A stretch of DNA of 37,572 nt, taken from assembly GCA_000934665.2 (NCBI GenBank), contig KZ538037.1:124001-161572 (forward strand). The letters are read 5' to 3'. The first letter of the stretch is position 1, and every line of letters begins with the position of its first letter. The notes under the pieces are model-generated. The model was given only the letters and a program-made list of their open reading frames with translations, made no database searches and was not told the origin of the DNA. Source of the stretch: Catajapyx aquilonaris (Eukaryota). Below are positions 22,815 through 35,204 of this stretch, in pieces. The translations under genes were made by a program, and so were the position numbers.

Positions 22815-25421
22815 GATATGAGATAGGGGTGATATTACTATGAGACAGTTCGAATCTATCTTGATCACTGTTCGGTTCACAAAAAGGTGGCTGGACTGAA
22901 TCTGGTTGTTAAATGGGTTGAGTGTAGCCACAGTGTGTTAACATGCTGGCGTACAAAAGTTCACGACCATAAACAGAATCATAATCATTAAGCCCCAAGA
23001 GCTGGGGAGATGGCAATCACGGGGGGGGGGGGGGGGGNCGGGTTTTATCAGGGGGTACAAGCTATGATGCTCTACACCAGTCGCGTGAGTGAGGCTTCCA
23101 ACAACTACCTAACTCTCGACAGTCGACACTTATGACAGACTTGCTTAGAAGTCGCTTGCTCATCATCCGAATGCAATTTGCACCATGGTGACCAGATGTA
23201 GTATCTATCAGCCATTATTGGTCCAGGTTTATCAGTGTGCATCATGAATGCGATCATTTAAATCCATATGAGTGCGTATCAGCTGAATATACAGATTATT
23301 CCAGCCATGTTATATTAACTGGCAATTAGTATGCTGGGTGTTTAATTTGATAGCTTTTGGGTGACAAATATGGGTATAATGTGAGTGATTATTCGATTGA
23401 GATTCTTCCTGGTTGACGTCCCATCTTTTGGGCTTTGTGGAGAGGCAGAGATAATAAACAATGGTGCAGATAGCGCAAATTCACCTGGTTGGATGCGGAC
23501 CACAGTTGTGAGAACAGATGTTGTTGCATGTGCAAGTACAGTGTTGTACGTAGGCGATTCTGGCGGGAAAAAGGCATAACCATTTTTGGTCCTTTTTTAC
23601 TACAATATTCTAGCTGTCAGACAATCCATTTTTCTTCTCCAAGAATGGAAGACTCGTACTAACTCGAGCTCCTTTTTTGACCAGGTCCAGAGAAAGTCAA
23701 AAAAGTACCTTGAGGAAGAGTGTAGGTTTGCTCAAACATGAGACCATCTGTCTCGTGTACTCAAGTGGCCAAGAGGGGCGGCTGCAAAAGTTGGAGGGGG
23801 AGGGAGGTGCAGATTGCGCCTAAATCTCTGTCCATATCGCGCATCATTTGGCGACCATTGTTATCCCAACCTGATGTCCACCAACATTATTCCATCCCTT
23901 GTTAACAGCCCAGATCGGTAGGTGTTCGAGTGCATATTCTGCCTATTATGTGACCCCCCTAGTGCAATTGCATGTGGTCAAATTGGATCCAGTTCTGTCC
24001 AAGGTATTGTATTAAATATTGAGTGAATTCAATTGCTGGAAGTAATATATTCAACTTACGTACTATTCTGTAGATAAAAATTGCGATAAATATCAATTTC
24101 TACTGTTGCATGACAGCATCTTCGTCTGAAAAGCACAACTTGCCCATGTGGCAGCTAGGCGGCAGCACTAGTCAGAATGTCACCCTATCCTCGGATAAGG
24201 AATATTTACCCCCCCGGTTTTACAGTCCACCAGTTTACCTACAAACACCATGTTTGAACTTAGGCTGGATAGTGCGAGATATAGCACACCCCCCCCCCCC
24301 CAAAAAAAAAANAAATAAGTGTACCGCTTCCCTCCGGAGAGAAACAAAAAAAAAGCAACACAACGGATTGGGAGTCGCCTACAGGCTACATAATTGTAGA
24401 GTCGTAAGGTTTTTCTGGTAGCATTTATCACCTTGTAAGCACACAAATCAAGACGCTGTTAAAGAAGGCGTTAATAGTGGGGATTGTAAAGGCTGCGAGG
24501 GATTTGGCGTGGACGATTGATGGGCGATGGCCTCCGACGCTTTGTAGGCCTATAAAGAGACGTGTGAGGGCAGTAATAGAGGCCCGGAATCGTCATTTCG
24601 GGGGGCATAGTCATAACAGAAGAGAGAAAAGGACCCCGCACAACTCGACATCAATTAGAGCCGCTAAAGAGGGTTTGGCTTTTCGGACGCGACCCTGGTC
24701 GCCTGTGTTGACTCCAATAATGTCACCTTTAATCAAGCGTCTCTTGTGGGCTCCCCCGTTTAGTCCATGCTGTCTTTTCCTCCTGTTTAATGCTTCTGCT
24801 TTAGCTATAAGGAATCAATTACTCCTCTACTTCACCCTTTATTAATTATCCTCTCAAATTTATACGCAACTGGCAGGCCGGTAATAGCTATGTAATAAAC
24901 CAATAAAAGGCAAAGAAAGTGTACACTTGGAGTCAAGGCGAGCTCGCGTCAAATTATGGGGTTCGTATACATGGTTGGCAGGATTGGTATCTGGAAACTA
25001 TTGCAGTATGGTATATTGTTATGCGTTAATCTTGGATGGGCAGGGAAGGCGATTGTTCAAGCAGGTTCCTTTTTTTCCATGAGAGTGCATCACCAGTTCA
25101 ACAAAAACATTCCAGTCATTCCAATGATTACAAGAGGGAGATATCAATAGCGTCACAATTTTATTGCGGAATTATAATAACACACTTCTGCAGCAAAGTG
25201 CGAGACGAGATTTTTTTTATATTTGGCATTGTCACTTCTCGAGAAAGTTATTTTTAAGTTTAATTGCATATTGGTTCATAACTTTGGTATGTTATTTGCC
25301 AAACATAAAGATTCAGAACACTATTTTCAGAATGACCATATGTTTCAGTACCGGTACAGCATTTGTTTGTGATAATCACATACATCTCATATACATTTTG
25401 AACGGGATGTATTTTATATTA

Positions 25422-25794
25422 GGCAAATTATTACATTTCATTACTGAGATTTTTAAATTGGGCTTTGGCATTTGTAACATACAGAATGACTTGAGATTGG
25501 TTCCAATAAGTATCCGGCTGTCCTTATATAGCTATTGCATTTTCCCCAAAGTTGTTATTTTTGTGTAGCTCATTGCTCTCCAATCGAGGTGCCCTGTTGC
25601 ATATCAAAAATGCTATTAGACCACTTGGGAATAACTATATGGGTCGAGGCTCAAAGTGATACACAAAAATAACAACTTCTGGTGAAATTTGGGATATCCA
25701 AAAGGACCCAGATACTTGGAACACACTGCATTTAGTTTGATGAAAGGGATTACTTATGATGTACACTTTCTGTATTGTTAAATAATAATTTGCC
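25422..25794. mobile_element. Old degenerate inverted-repeat element (MITE remnant)
   Basis: Perfect 19-bp inverted repeat AAGTTGTTATTTTTGTGTA (25549-25567 / 25660-25678), nested within weaker pairs TTCCAA..GTATC / GATAC..TTGGAA and GGCAAATTATTA (25422) / TAATAATTTGCC (25783-25794). Confidence 0.6.
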
Positions 25795-27472
25795 CATAAA
25801 GATTGGATGAAAATAATTATAAATTATTCGAGATATTTATGACTCATTTGAATATGGGTAATAATTACAGTTATTTTTGAAACTTGGAAATTCCAGTATA
25901 ATGTGTTATTTTTGAATGATCTATAAAATTATTCTCAGTAATTCTCGCTTCAAAGATGATAGGTCCGTAGACATTCAAAGCACACGCGAATTGCACATAA
26001 ATCATAACACTTATGAACATGCCATATATAATATTCACCTTCTGATAAATAAGGCGCTAATAATTTCACCTGCTCTACGGTTTCAGTATCGAACCACTCA
26101 AGTTTTGCAACTAACACTGTACACCCAGACTATACATTATGCAATAAATTATTATTTCTCTAAGCATAGAGCAGGAAACATATTTGGCAGCATTTCTAAA
26201 TGATTGGTTATGAAGGTCATATGTAGAACGCGGCATTGTGGCGATCCTAGCAATTTGTAAGGTGGTACAGGGTTTCGTGACGGTGGGACCTAAGACGCAG
26301 GATTCGATCGAGGATGAAGCATGCCGGAGTCGGTCATTTATGAGGCTATTAATTTTCTCCGGAAGCCCCAAAGCATCAATACAGGAACTCATATTCGTGA
26401 ATGGGGTAGCGAGCGGTATATAGGAGAAGAAGCATGGCGGTTTGCTCCAATCTTTTTCACCCCTCCAGGTTAGATTTAAATTCAAACCAGAACAGAGAAA
26501 CAGTTGTTACTCTTCCTAATTGAAACGTAGAAGGAAATGTCTTTGTTTTTATATCATCTTTAAAAAAAAATCGGCGGAGGATCAGATTAGTTGTTCGTAT
26601 AACAAGAGAAAATGGTGCAGGTTGTGGTTTCTTTTTTAAAAACTTGTTCGAAGGCTGTGGGCAAAGAAGAGGACCTCGGTTTAGAAGGCATGCGGACCGG
26701 TTTTTCCTCTTCCCCACAACAGTTGTGGTCAGGAAAATGTAACGGGGGGGCCTATTCGACAGTCTTGGGAAGTGTCGTTGGAACGCCGCGATTTGGTTTC
26801 GGACAATATTTTTCCGGCCATGAAAAAAAAAACCTGCCCTGGAACGAATACTTTTCTTGCCAACAAAACAAAACAAAATGACTGAGATCAAAGTATAGTC
26901 TGCGCATGATCGGAGTGTGTATAGAAATGGCGTCTACTATATGCAAGTGTTGTTTTGGGAGGGGTTGCGGGAAATGACGTTTGGGCCGAATTGCCCAGCT
27001 ATGCTCCGATTTTATGGCGTTCTCTAAATGTACCAATTGCAGTGGTGTAGTGTACAAGTGTGCAGGTGTCTGCTTAGTGGATGTAGGGGCGGTTAGCTTA
27101 CAAGGCGACAGAGACTATTAACTCTGTTTACCTCCTGATCAAAGGGCTCGGTGGCCATTCCGACTGCTTCCTATTATTCCGCAAACGCTTCGGGGCAATT
27201 AGCGCATTCTCCCCTCCCTCTCCTACCCCCTTCCATAGCCCATCGTGATTACCCATCCTCTATATAGGAGCTTCGTATACACGCGTGAGTTGTTCAGATC
27301 GATGCTATCATGAATGTGCGCAAACCGCTGGTACTCACTTGTGTATTCAAAACATGCGAGTTAATTCGGGTGTGCAGTTGTTTGGGACGATTTTTGGACG
27401 CCTGCATATAGGGGGTCATTGCATAGAGTGGGCGGATAGTTATTGTTGTATAAAATTACTGTGCTACAGCAG

Positions 27473-27571
27473 AGACCTCTACACAGCTACAGCATGTGCA
27501 CATGCAGTATGTATCTGTGTATAGAGGTATTGGCACAATATACCATGGTATATTGTGCACAGACCTCTACA
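27473..27571. repeat. Two chained palindromes
   Basis: ACCTCTACACAG..GCATGTGCACATGC..CTGTGTATAGAGGT overlaps with TAGAGGT..GCACAATATACCATGGTATATTGTGC (perfect 26 bp, 27533-27558)..ACCTCTA. Confidence 0.75.
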
Positions 27572-30080
27572 ATTATATACAAGCTTCTTTCATGTTATAG
27601 TTCATCAAGAGGAAGAGTCAAATCAAATGAAATGTTCAGCCTTATTGTAAACAGTTAGAAAATGCAGTGCTCAGTTGTTTAGGTTGCGTTGTTTATTTTC
27701 CTAACTATTTTAGGGGCGTTGTTTGTCCTGTGTGTTTGCCCAAATAATATAGCGTCAAAATCTTAATATGTAAAACTCACTACATCATTTTGAGCGTTTA
27801 CATCTTAATTTTAAATTCGTTCTTAATGAAACACTTGAAATAGCACACCTTTTGACTGAAAATTTTCTCTCAACGGCAACCATTTTTGTTCAGTTTTTTT
27901 TTGCTATTTTGAGTAACATCTTTGCTTACATGAAAGAAAACTTATTGGAACGATTGAGTTGTGTGGATTGAAAATATTTCTCTCTCAAAAGCACTGAGTT
28001 CCAATGCATGTACTGTACATAAATAGTGGAAAAGCAACTCAAAAATCAAAATAATTTAGACAGTGTTGTTAATTTAATTTTACGATATGTATACTTGTAG
28101 GCTAAACCTTGTGGCATAGTCCGCATACAGTAGATGGAGTTAGTTGTGCGAGTTGGAAGTTTTGCCAAGAGATGGCAGGGCATCGAAAATGGGGACCTGG
28201 AGGGAGACGTGAAAGTTTGTAGTCAGTTGTGAAGGAGCCTCGGTAGAGGCTCTTTTTAATAAAGCGGCAATAGTGACCTCTGAGGTCAGATCTCACAACC
28301 TATCAAAATTATTTTCTTAACACGACTGTTCAAGTTATTTATTATCTACAAAAAGTCCACGGCTGTTATTTAAAAGCGGATGTTATACGTATAAGCAAGT
28401 GATTTAATCCTTCTAATTAGAAACTTGTACGCACATGAATACCAACGCATAATTGATGTTGTTAGCCCAAGTTACGAGGGTTGGCATTGCGTGCCCGGTT
28501 ATTTGTTGCTCATGAACCCAGATCGATCTAATTAGGATGAGTCACGTAAGTCAGCTACGGAGCAATACTTAGGGGCAAACAAGATGGAGGCTTGGAGGGG
28601 AAAGACCCGTGTTGAGCCGGCACGAGATTTGGAAGGCGTTTTGGTAGGCTCATTTACAGCCTGCCCAAGCTCCTCTATGGAGATTGGTGCTGGACCCAGA
28701 TTGGGACTGTTGGCATTAAAGTGCCTGCTGCTTCAAAGACGAAGAAGGGGCTTGCTGTTTAGTTGCGAGCCTCAAATCCCGCGCCCCAATCAACCGACTT
28801 TGGACCCGGCCTTATCGGGATGACAAAACAAATCTGCTGGAGGTAATTGTGCTGCAGGAAACGAGAGAGGCTTCGTTTCTTGCACATCCCCTATATACGC
28901 TTACTCGTCACAATGTTCAATTTGCACTTGTTGCACTGCTTGTTTGCCTATTCATAATGGCTATTGCAATAATGTGGCGCAACTAGCCAGGTGAGTCAGT
29001 GGTGTCGGAACGTGCATTCCGAAGCATTTTGGGATAGGAGGGGTGGTAGGGAGGGGGGGGGGAAAGGTCACATGTCACGGATCCGTGTGATTTATGTGCC
29101 TGCTGCATGCCACATATATATGTTGGCTGCAATGTCCTTGTCAATTTCCTACCTTGAAGGGAAAAGTTGGGTGTGATTTAAAACTCTGCCTTGAATCTGG
29201 GCACTGCTTAGCAATAACCGAGACCGACTATAGGAATAATACCGCCATTTTGAGTCAACCAGTATCAATGCAATTAATCTCAAAATATTCCACTAAAATC
29301 TTTGCAAATTTTACATTCTGTATTAGAAATTTGTAAATATTAAAAATAAATTTTACACCCTGTATTCAACGTTCTAATTTTATTCACACTGACAGGTTTA
29401 TTTGACTCCGTGAAATTTCACGCACTCGTAGTTTTTAGTGATAAATGAGACTATTTTCGAACCTTCGTGCATGGTGGGGAAAAACTTATACGTTATATAG
29501 AGACAGGAATGTGGGGTTTTTTTTCCTGCTCCTAGTCGATCAAGTTTATGGACGCTTCGATCACGAGGTATGCATTCATTGGCGACCTCTCCGGCTTTAT
29601 TCGGCCATTAGCCGAGCCTTCTGGCTATGAAGATGATTATATACCCAGAATGGCAATGCATTTCTGCATCAATCTTGAAAATTGTGTATGATCATCATGA
29701 TTTACATTACATTTTTAAGAACTCGTGCGTTGAATTTATTTTTTTTCATTCCATGTGATTTTTAACCCTCCCAAAATTGCTCCGACCATGGTATGGTGTC
29801 TTACCAGCCCGCACCTTTTTTTTCCCTCCACTCAATTCTTGAAGAAATTTCCCGAGGGTCCCTTCCCTCGTGTTTACCCTCCCTTCTATATATCTATCCC
29901 CCGCCCAGAAACGTTATTTCCCCTGCTGTTTGCTTCACGAAATAAGTTTGTCGGACGCCATCACTCAGGGCAGGGGGTGGTAGAAAACGAGACATATCCT
30001 GACACGTGGGCAACCCACCCTGCATTATAGGCATTAGGGGGGGGCTCCTCCTGATTTTAATGTCTGAGTAGGACGCATGA

Positions 30081-30208
30081 AATCTGTTTTGCGGTTCGTT
30101 GCTCCCTTGCATAGCATATGTCGCTATAGTATACAACTAGGGTTTTTAAAAAAATATAAAAAAAATAAAGCAAAGCTGTTTACCGTTCGTTGCTCCCTTG
30201 CATATCAT
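30081..30208. repeat. ~36-bp direct repeat, 91-bp period
   Basis: Identical 20-mer GTTCGTTGCTCCCTTGCATA at 30094-30113 and 30185-30204, with similar flanks. Confidence 0.8.
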
Positions 30209-33200
30209 GTAATTTTGGTGCTCGTCTCATTGAGTGCGTCATGCCAATGGGAGCGAAGAAAACAGGCAAACACTAACCTTTAGAAGGAGTAGAACGTTTT
30301 GCCTTTATGAAGCGTGAAATGGAAACATCGACAAGTGCAGGAGGGTGGAATAGAATCACCCTCCTCTCCCCACCTCTCCCCAACTGCCGCTTCTCCACCG
30401 TCCTTGTTTTATGAGATTGGGTGGGGAGAGGGGGCAATGAGGCGAGCTTCAATCTCGACGGAGCCCAAATGTGCATTTCCATGTTCAACTCACCAATGGA
30501 TTCACAGGGGTTGGAGAAAAAAAAATATGTGGACGAGCAACGATTGGTCCTCGTGTTCGTTTCACACGCATCCGTCATGATTATGGCGGCGATTAGAAAT
30601 ATTCTCAGAAAAGGAAGTTGGGGAGTAACAAAAGGTATATCCAGCTAGGGCCTGGGGCGATAACCTACTGGCCTAAGTGCTGGGGTTAGGAATATTTTTT
30701 GGAGCTGAAATCACCAGTGACTTGAGTCTTGGAAAAAAAGGGGAGAGTGATGCAAGATCATGTCAGCGACTTGAGCCCTGAACACGAAGACCGATTCATT
30801 TTCCTCCGAGTCCAATAGGTTAAGATAAACATGGAAAGGCAGTTAGAGGCATCTCGTCTGGAATACAACGCACCACTTTATACCCCGGGACCATGATAAG
30901 AACACGTGGGTATGGCATTAAAACAAACGGCTTTTGTGCTCATTCGTTAGCGGCCAGTGGCACTGATGAGGACGAAGGCGGTTGTTGTATTGTGGTGGGA
31001 AAAGGGCGGCCATTTGCAGTGTGTCCACGAAGCACATGTTTATCACTGAAGGGAGGCAATTCTCACAGCCTCTTTAGCCTTGGGTGTGCAGAATGTTGTT
31101 CTGACACCACGAAATAATAGCTAACGAGATGTCCAAACAGACAGATCCGTCATTCCTGATGCCTCTTTGAAGAAATGTCTAGTTTTTCGAACACCCTTTT
31201 TTTGGTCATCATTACAGATCGTGGCGACCGTTTTTCACGCGTTTATTCGAGCTGATCACATTACGGTCGAATAAATGCTGATATAAAAACGGAAGCCGTA
31301 AATGGCTGGCAGGAAAAGATCTTGAAGAGTTAGTAAGTGAGCAGCTCAGTTGGAGTCAGGTGGCGGATGGTTAGGGGGGGCCACCTTGTTGCTTCTCCTG
31401 GCATCCATCAACACCATGGTAATGCGCTATTGCCACTAAAACGTTTAATGGTCATCTGGGGCCCAATAAGATAGTATCGCATTGCCCCAATGAGCAACGA
31501 CAGCGAGCCAAGGGCCGGAAAGATGAGTGCTTTTGCCGTACTCTTCACTATATTGCAGCCAAATGTAGCATAGCGCATACTGAGCATGTATGTGGCATGT
31601 TGTATCTTACATGTCCGATGCACGCAGCACATGCATCAGCACTTTGGCGTCACTCACACGTGGACGTCTGCCTCATTTGTTTTCTCGCCTTAATTGCCCT
31701 TTGCCGGCATGTTTATTTCTTGCTCTCCCTGGCTATATATACACACCCCTATATAGGCCGGGGCTGCCCTTCTGCCCCTTTACTGCGATTTTACAGCGCA
31801 TCTGCCTTTTCTGGACACGACTGTCACCTGGCCTTAAAACCGGCACTGCCCAAGAAGCCTAAACGTTTGTCCACATGCATCAGATAAAGAGCAATAACGG
31901 GCAAAGTATTTCATCATCTCCATTACGTGCCTAAGTACTGGTGCAGATGCTATATGAACACAATTAGGACCGCATATACTATACGATGAGCCACTACGGC
32001 CGCAATTAGATTATTAGTTAGTTAGTGGCTGAGTGTTTGCAGCCAGTTGGGCTTTAAGAACTTCCATTACAGGGGGGGTAATATGATCCGGCTTTCCCCC
32101 CTAAAATTATCTCAAGATAATTTGCTTCAAGTGGAATCGCATAAAAGTGGGCCGTAATCCTTGTGAAATATATTCCCGCTGTCCTGCTTCCGTAGCTTAA
32201 AACAGTAACGCGTGCTTTGCAGCGGTTTAATTGTTGGGCTGGGTGTACACTTTGAATAATTGTCTATTCCGAAAATTAATGTTTCCTTTGAGATTGGCGA
32301 TAAGAGGCTTTGCTATACTCGAAGTATGCGCTGTGTGGTTGGTACCGGTCCAAGTCATTGTGCATTGGATTCGATTATATGGCAAACTATACTGATGGGA
32401 CGTACGACATAAGAATGAAAAAACACAAATCAAAAGAATCGGATGGCGTAAAATTTGCCGGAATATATGTGACGCGTAGGAAGCACCGGACTAACAACCA
32501 AGGAATAGATTGAACTCGTTGATATTCATGGCATTGAGCGGAATGGAAATGACAAAAGTCCTGGGTTTGTTTTTTCCCCTCTCCTTTTTTCCTTCTTGGG
32601 CTTTTTATTCGGGCACTTGCTCCTGTGGGCGGATGGGAAAACTTGATCTTGGCAAAGCCCAAAGCCAGATTATAGACTCGGGAGGCGGGAATCCCTAGAG
32701 TGCAGCTTAACAATGAATCGGATCAGGAAGCTCGTTTGAAACAAGAAGGATGGACTTGCCTAGCTCACAAAGTCGCAGGCAGGAATGAATCCCTGGAGTG
32801 ATTTGCCTCCTCCGCTCTGGGAGACGAACACTGGCAAGACACACGATTAGATCCAGAGCACAGACGTAAAGTGCATCTTAAATAACTAGACGTGAAGTAA
32901 GGCGTGAGAAAGCTGAATGGGCGTAGGCTAATGGTCGATCCAGCTCAACCGGATGGCTGAATTTGATTCCAGGACATCAGTGTCTGTATATCTCACCCTC
33001 CATTTCAAAAAAAGGCCCAACCTACTGTGTATATACTACGTATGTGTCTGGTGCTCCAGCCAACCCATGCCGCCCTTCTCTCCATTGTTTGACCTGACAT
33101 CTGCTGGCAGAAATATTGGCCCCCGCCATCATGCTATGGTGTCCCGCCCTAAATTTACTCACGCTATTATCTCCATTCCAAGTTTTTCTCCTCTTTAATT

Positions 33201-34993
33201 CTAACGTATCCTGGCTTCATTTTCTGAGATGCGTGAGTGGTATCTTTTTCCACCCCAAGAAATACATTGATGCAATGGAAAAGATTTATGTCAATGTGGT
33301 TTTGGAGCTTAGAATTTCCATAAGGTATGGGCAAACCGTAGCATTGGAAACGACGTCATCAAGACGGTTGGAAGCACAAAAAAGGAAAAGTGAAGCTCCC
33401 TGGTGCTTACCTTATCGCCCCTGCCAACCTCTCTGCTAAGCCTTTTATCCAGCTATATTGTGGATGTAAGCCCACTTTATAACAAACTTCATACGGCCGA
33501 TATGAGCTTCTGGCAACTGGGAGAAAGAGCTCGTCTTCTTCATATAGACCTTACTGACTAGGAAGCCTCGAAAGGGAACATGAGCACGCACGTTCAATAT
33601 GGCCAAAATTTTCGGACGGGGAATAATTCGCATATTGATCCTGTTTGTTGCGCCAGCTCAGTTGATGCTTTGGTAAACCAGAACACTGATTTGGTTTTGC
33701 ACGTGTCAAATGCGATGGTTTAAAAAAAATACAAAACAATGGACTTCTTTTCGGCCATGTCGTGTAATTGTATTAGCGTGTATTAACCAAATGCGGATTG
33801 AAATATGACCAAAATATTGATGGTTACGACCACTTCATTTGTATAAAGCGCATCCATCATGAGAAATCACGACAATGCTAATACATTATTTAACGCGCTT
33901 GATTCATTTTTACCGGGGGTTTTTTGACTCAGGGTATGTTGCACCACGGTCAGTATAATGCCGGATCATCAGTATTTCTGCAAATAATGAAATTCAAAAT
34001 GTTGGCCGCTATGACTTTGTGACAGCATTATGGCTTATGTCGAGAAATAATCGGAGTGTAGTTTCAAAAAAAACTACTAGCAGTTGTGCACGATCTTATC
34101 TCGTTATCCATAGTTAATGAAACATAATGCCCCGTCCAGGCTGCCAAAAACTCGAAGCGATGACACGTGAATAGTGCGATTAACTGCCATCGAGAGTTCA
34201 CTCGCATGTTCCACTCACCGCTCCCAAATGATGTATTGTTGAGGATAGGCTTGTGTGTCGTAAATCAACAAGCCTAGACCCGATAGTCGCCTCGCATTTG
34301 TCGGAATGGTATCCCCCTTCCCAATTAATATGTTTCGTGGGGGGAAAAAATTGTCTAGGGAGCCTTTTATTTAAGGTTTAGCAGTGTTCGATCAGAAACA
34401 GCTGACGGAGGTGGGGGGGAGCGGGAAATAAAAATGGAAGAAGGGGCAATATTTATATGTTCTAATGTCAGCTGCGTCCATGGTGCAGATATCAGACATG
34501 GTGGATAGTCAGTCGGTCGAGTATGTTCCAATCCTCCCCTTTGATTACGCTCGGGAAAGTGTATGAAAAGGGCATTTCATCTTTTACAACAGGTAAGCCA
34601 CTATGGCATCAATTGCTATAAAACGCGACTGTGGACCCCGTAACGCGGCCTTATTGTTGCGGCTTATTCGCCCGCCGTTTCTGATGCTGTTTGCTGGCTT
34701 TTCGGCGGACATAATTTTCATAAATGGCATCGAGTAGAAAATTCACTGCTCTCTCTAGCTCACTTCTGTTTAGAACTGACTTGAACACATTCTTAGGTTT
34801 AATATTAGGCTATAATTATGTCAATTTTAAAGTTTTTTCTTGTCACAAAGAAAAGCAATATATTATGCCAATTTTGTAAAAAAAATGTTATACCAATTTC
34901 AATACATTTATTTCGTAAAACTAACTGTATCTACGGCCCTCTGAGCTTCTGCGCGATAGTTAATAACCCATAAATTTATTTATAGTATATATA

Positions 34994-35204
34994 CAGGGTG
35001 TTTCAACTTTTTTGTCCGAACAGTTATCGGAAATATTGCACTATAAGCTGCTACTTTGTAAGCAGTGACTTCCAACCGGTTTGTCGGCGGAATGGAGAAT
35101 ATTCCCTGCGAATCTTAGGTTGAAGTGGCATACACTGCTTACAAAGTAGCAGTTTAGTGCAATATTTCCGATAACTGTTCGGACAAAAAAGTTGAAACAC
35201 CCTG
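34994..35204. mobile_element. 211-bp Tc1/mariner-type MITE
   Basis: TA|CAGGGTGTTTCAACTTTTTTGTCCGAACAGTTATCGGAAATATTGCACTA ... TAGTGCAATATTTCCGATAACTGTTCGGACAAAAAAGTTGAAACACCCTG|TA. The outer ~50 bp are perfectly inverted. Confidence 0.95.

Noticed and set aside
28274..28288. TGACCT-N3-AGGTCA nuclear-receptor half-site palindrome (also an IR1-like AGTTCATTGAAGC at 3040-3052)
   Set aside because: Single short motifs with no supporting context; plausible by chance in 37 kb.
30641..30683. TACTGGCCTA (miR-193-like start) in a small hairpin
   Set aside because: The hairpin is only about 43 nt and irregular, and the rest of the mature sequence does not match.
31931..31950. CTAAGTACTGGTGC resembles miR-252
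   Set aside because: The 3' end diverges and there is no downstream star arm.
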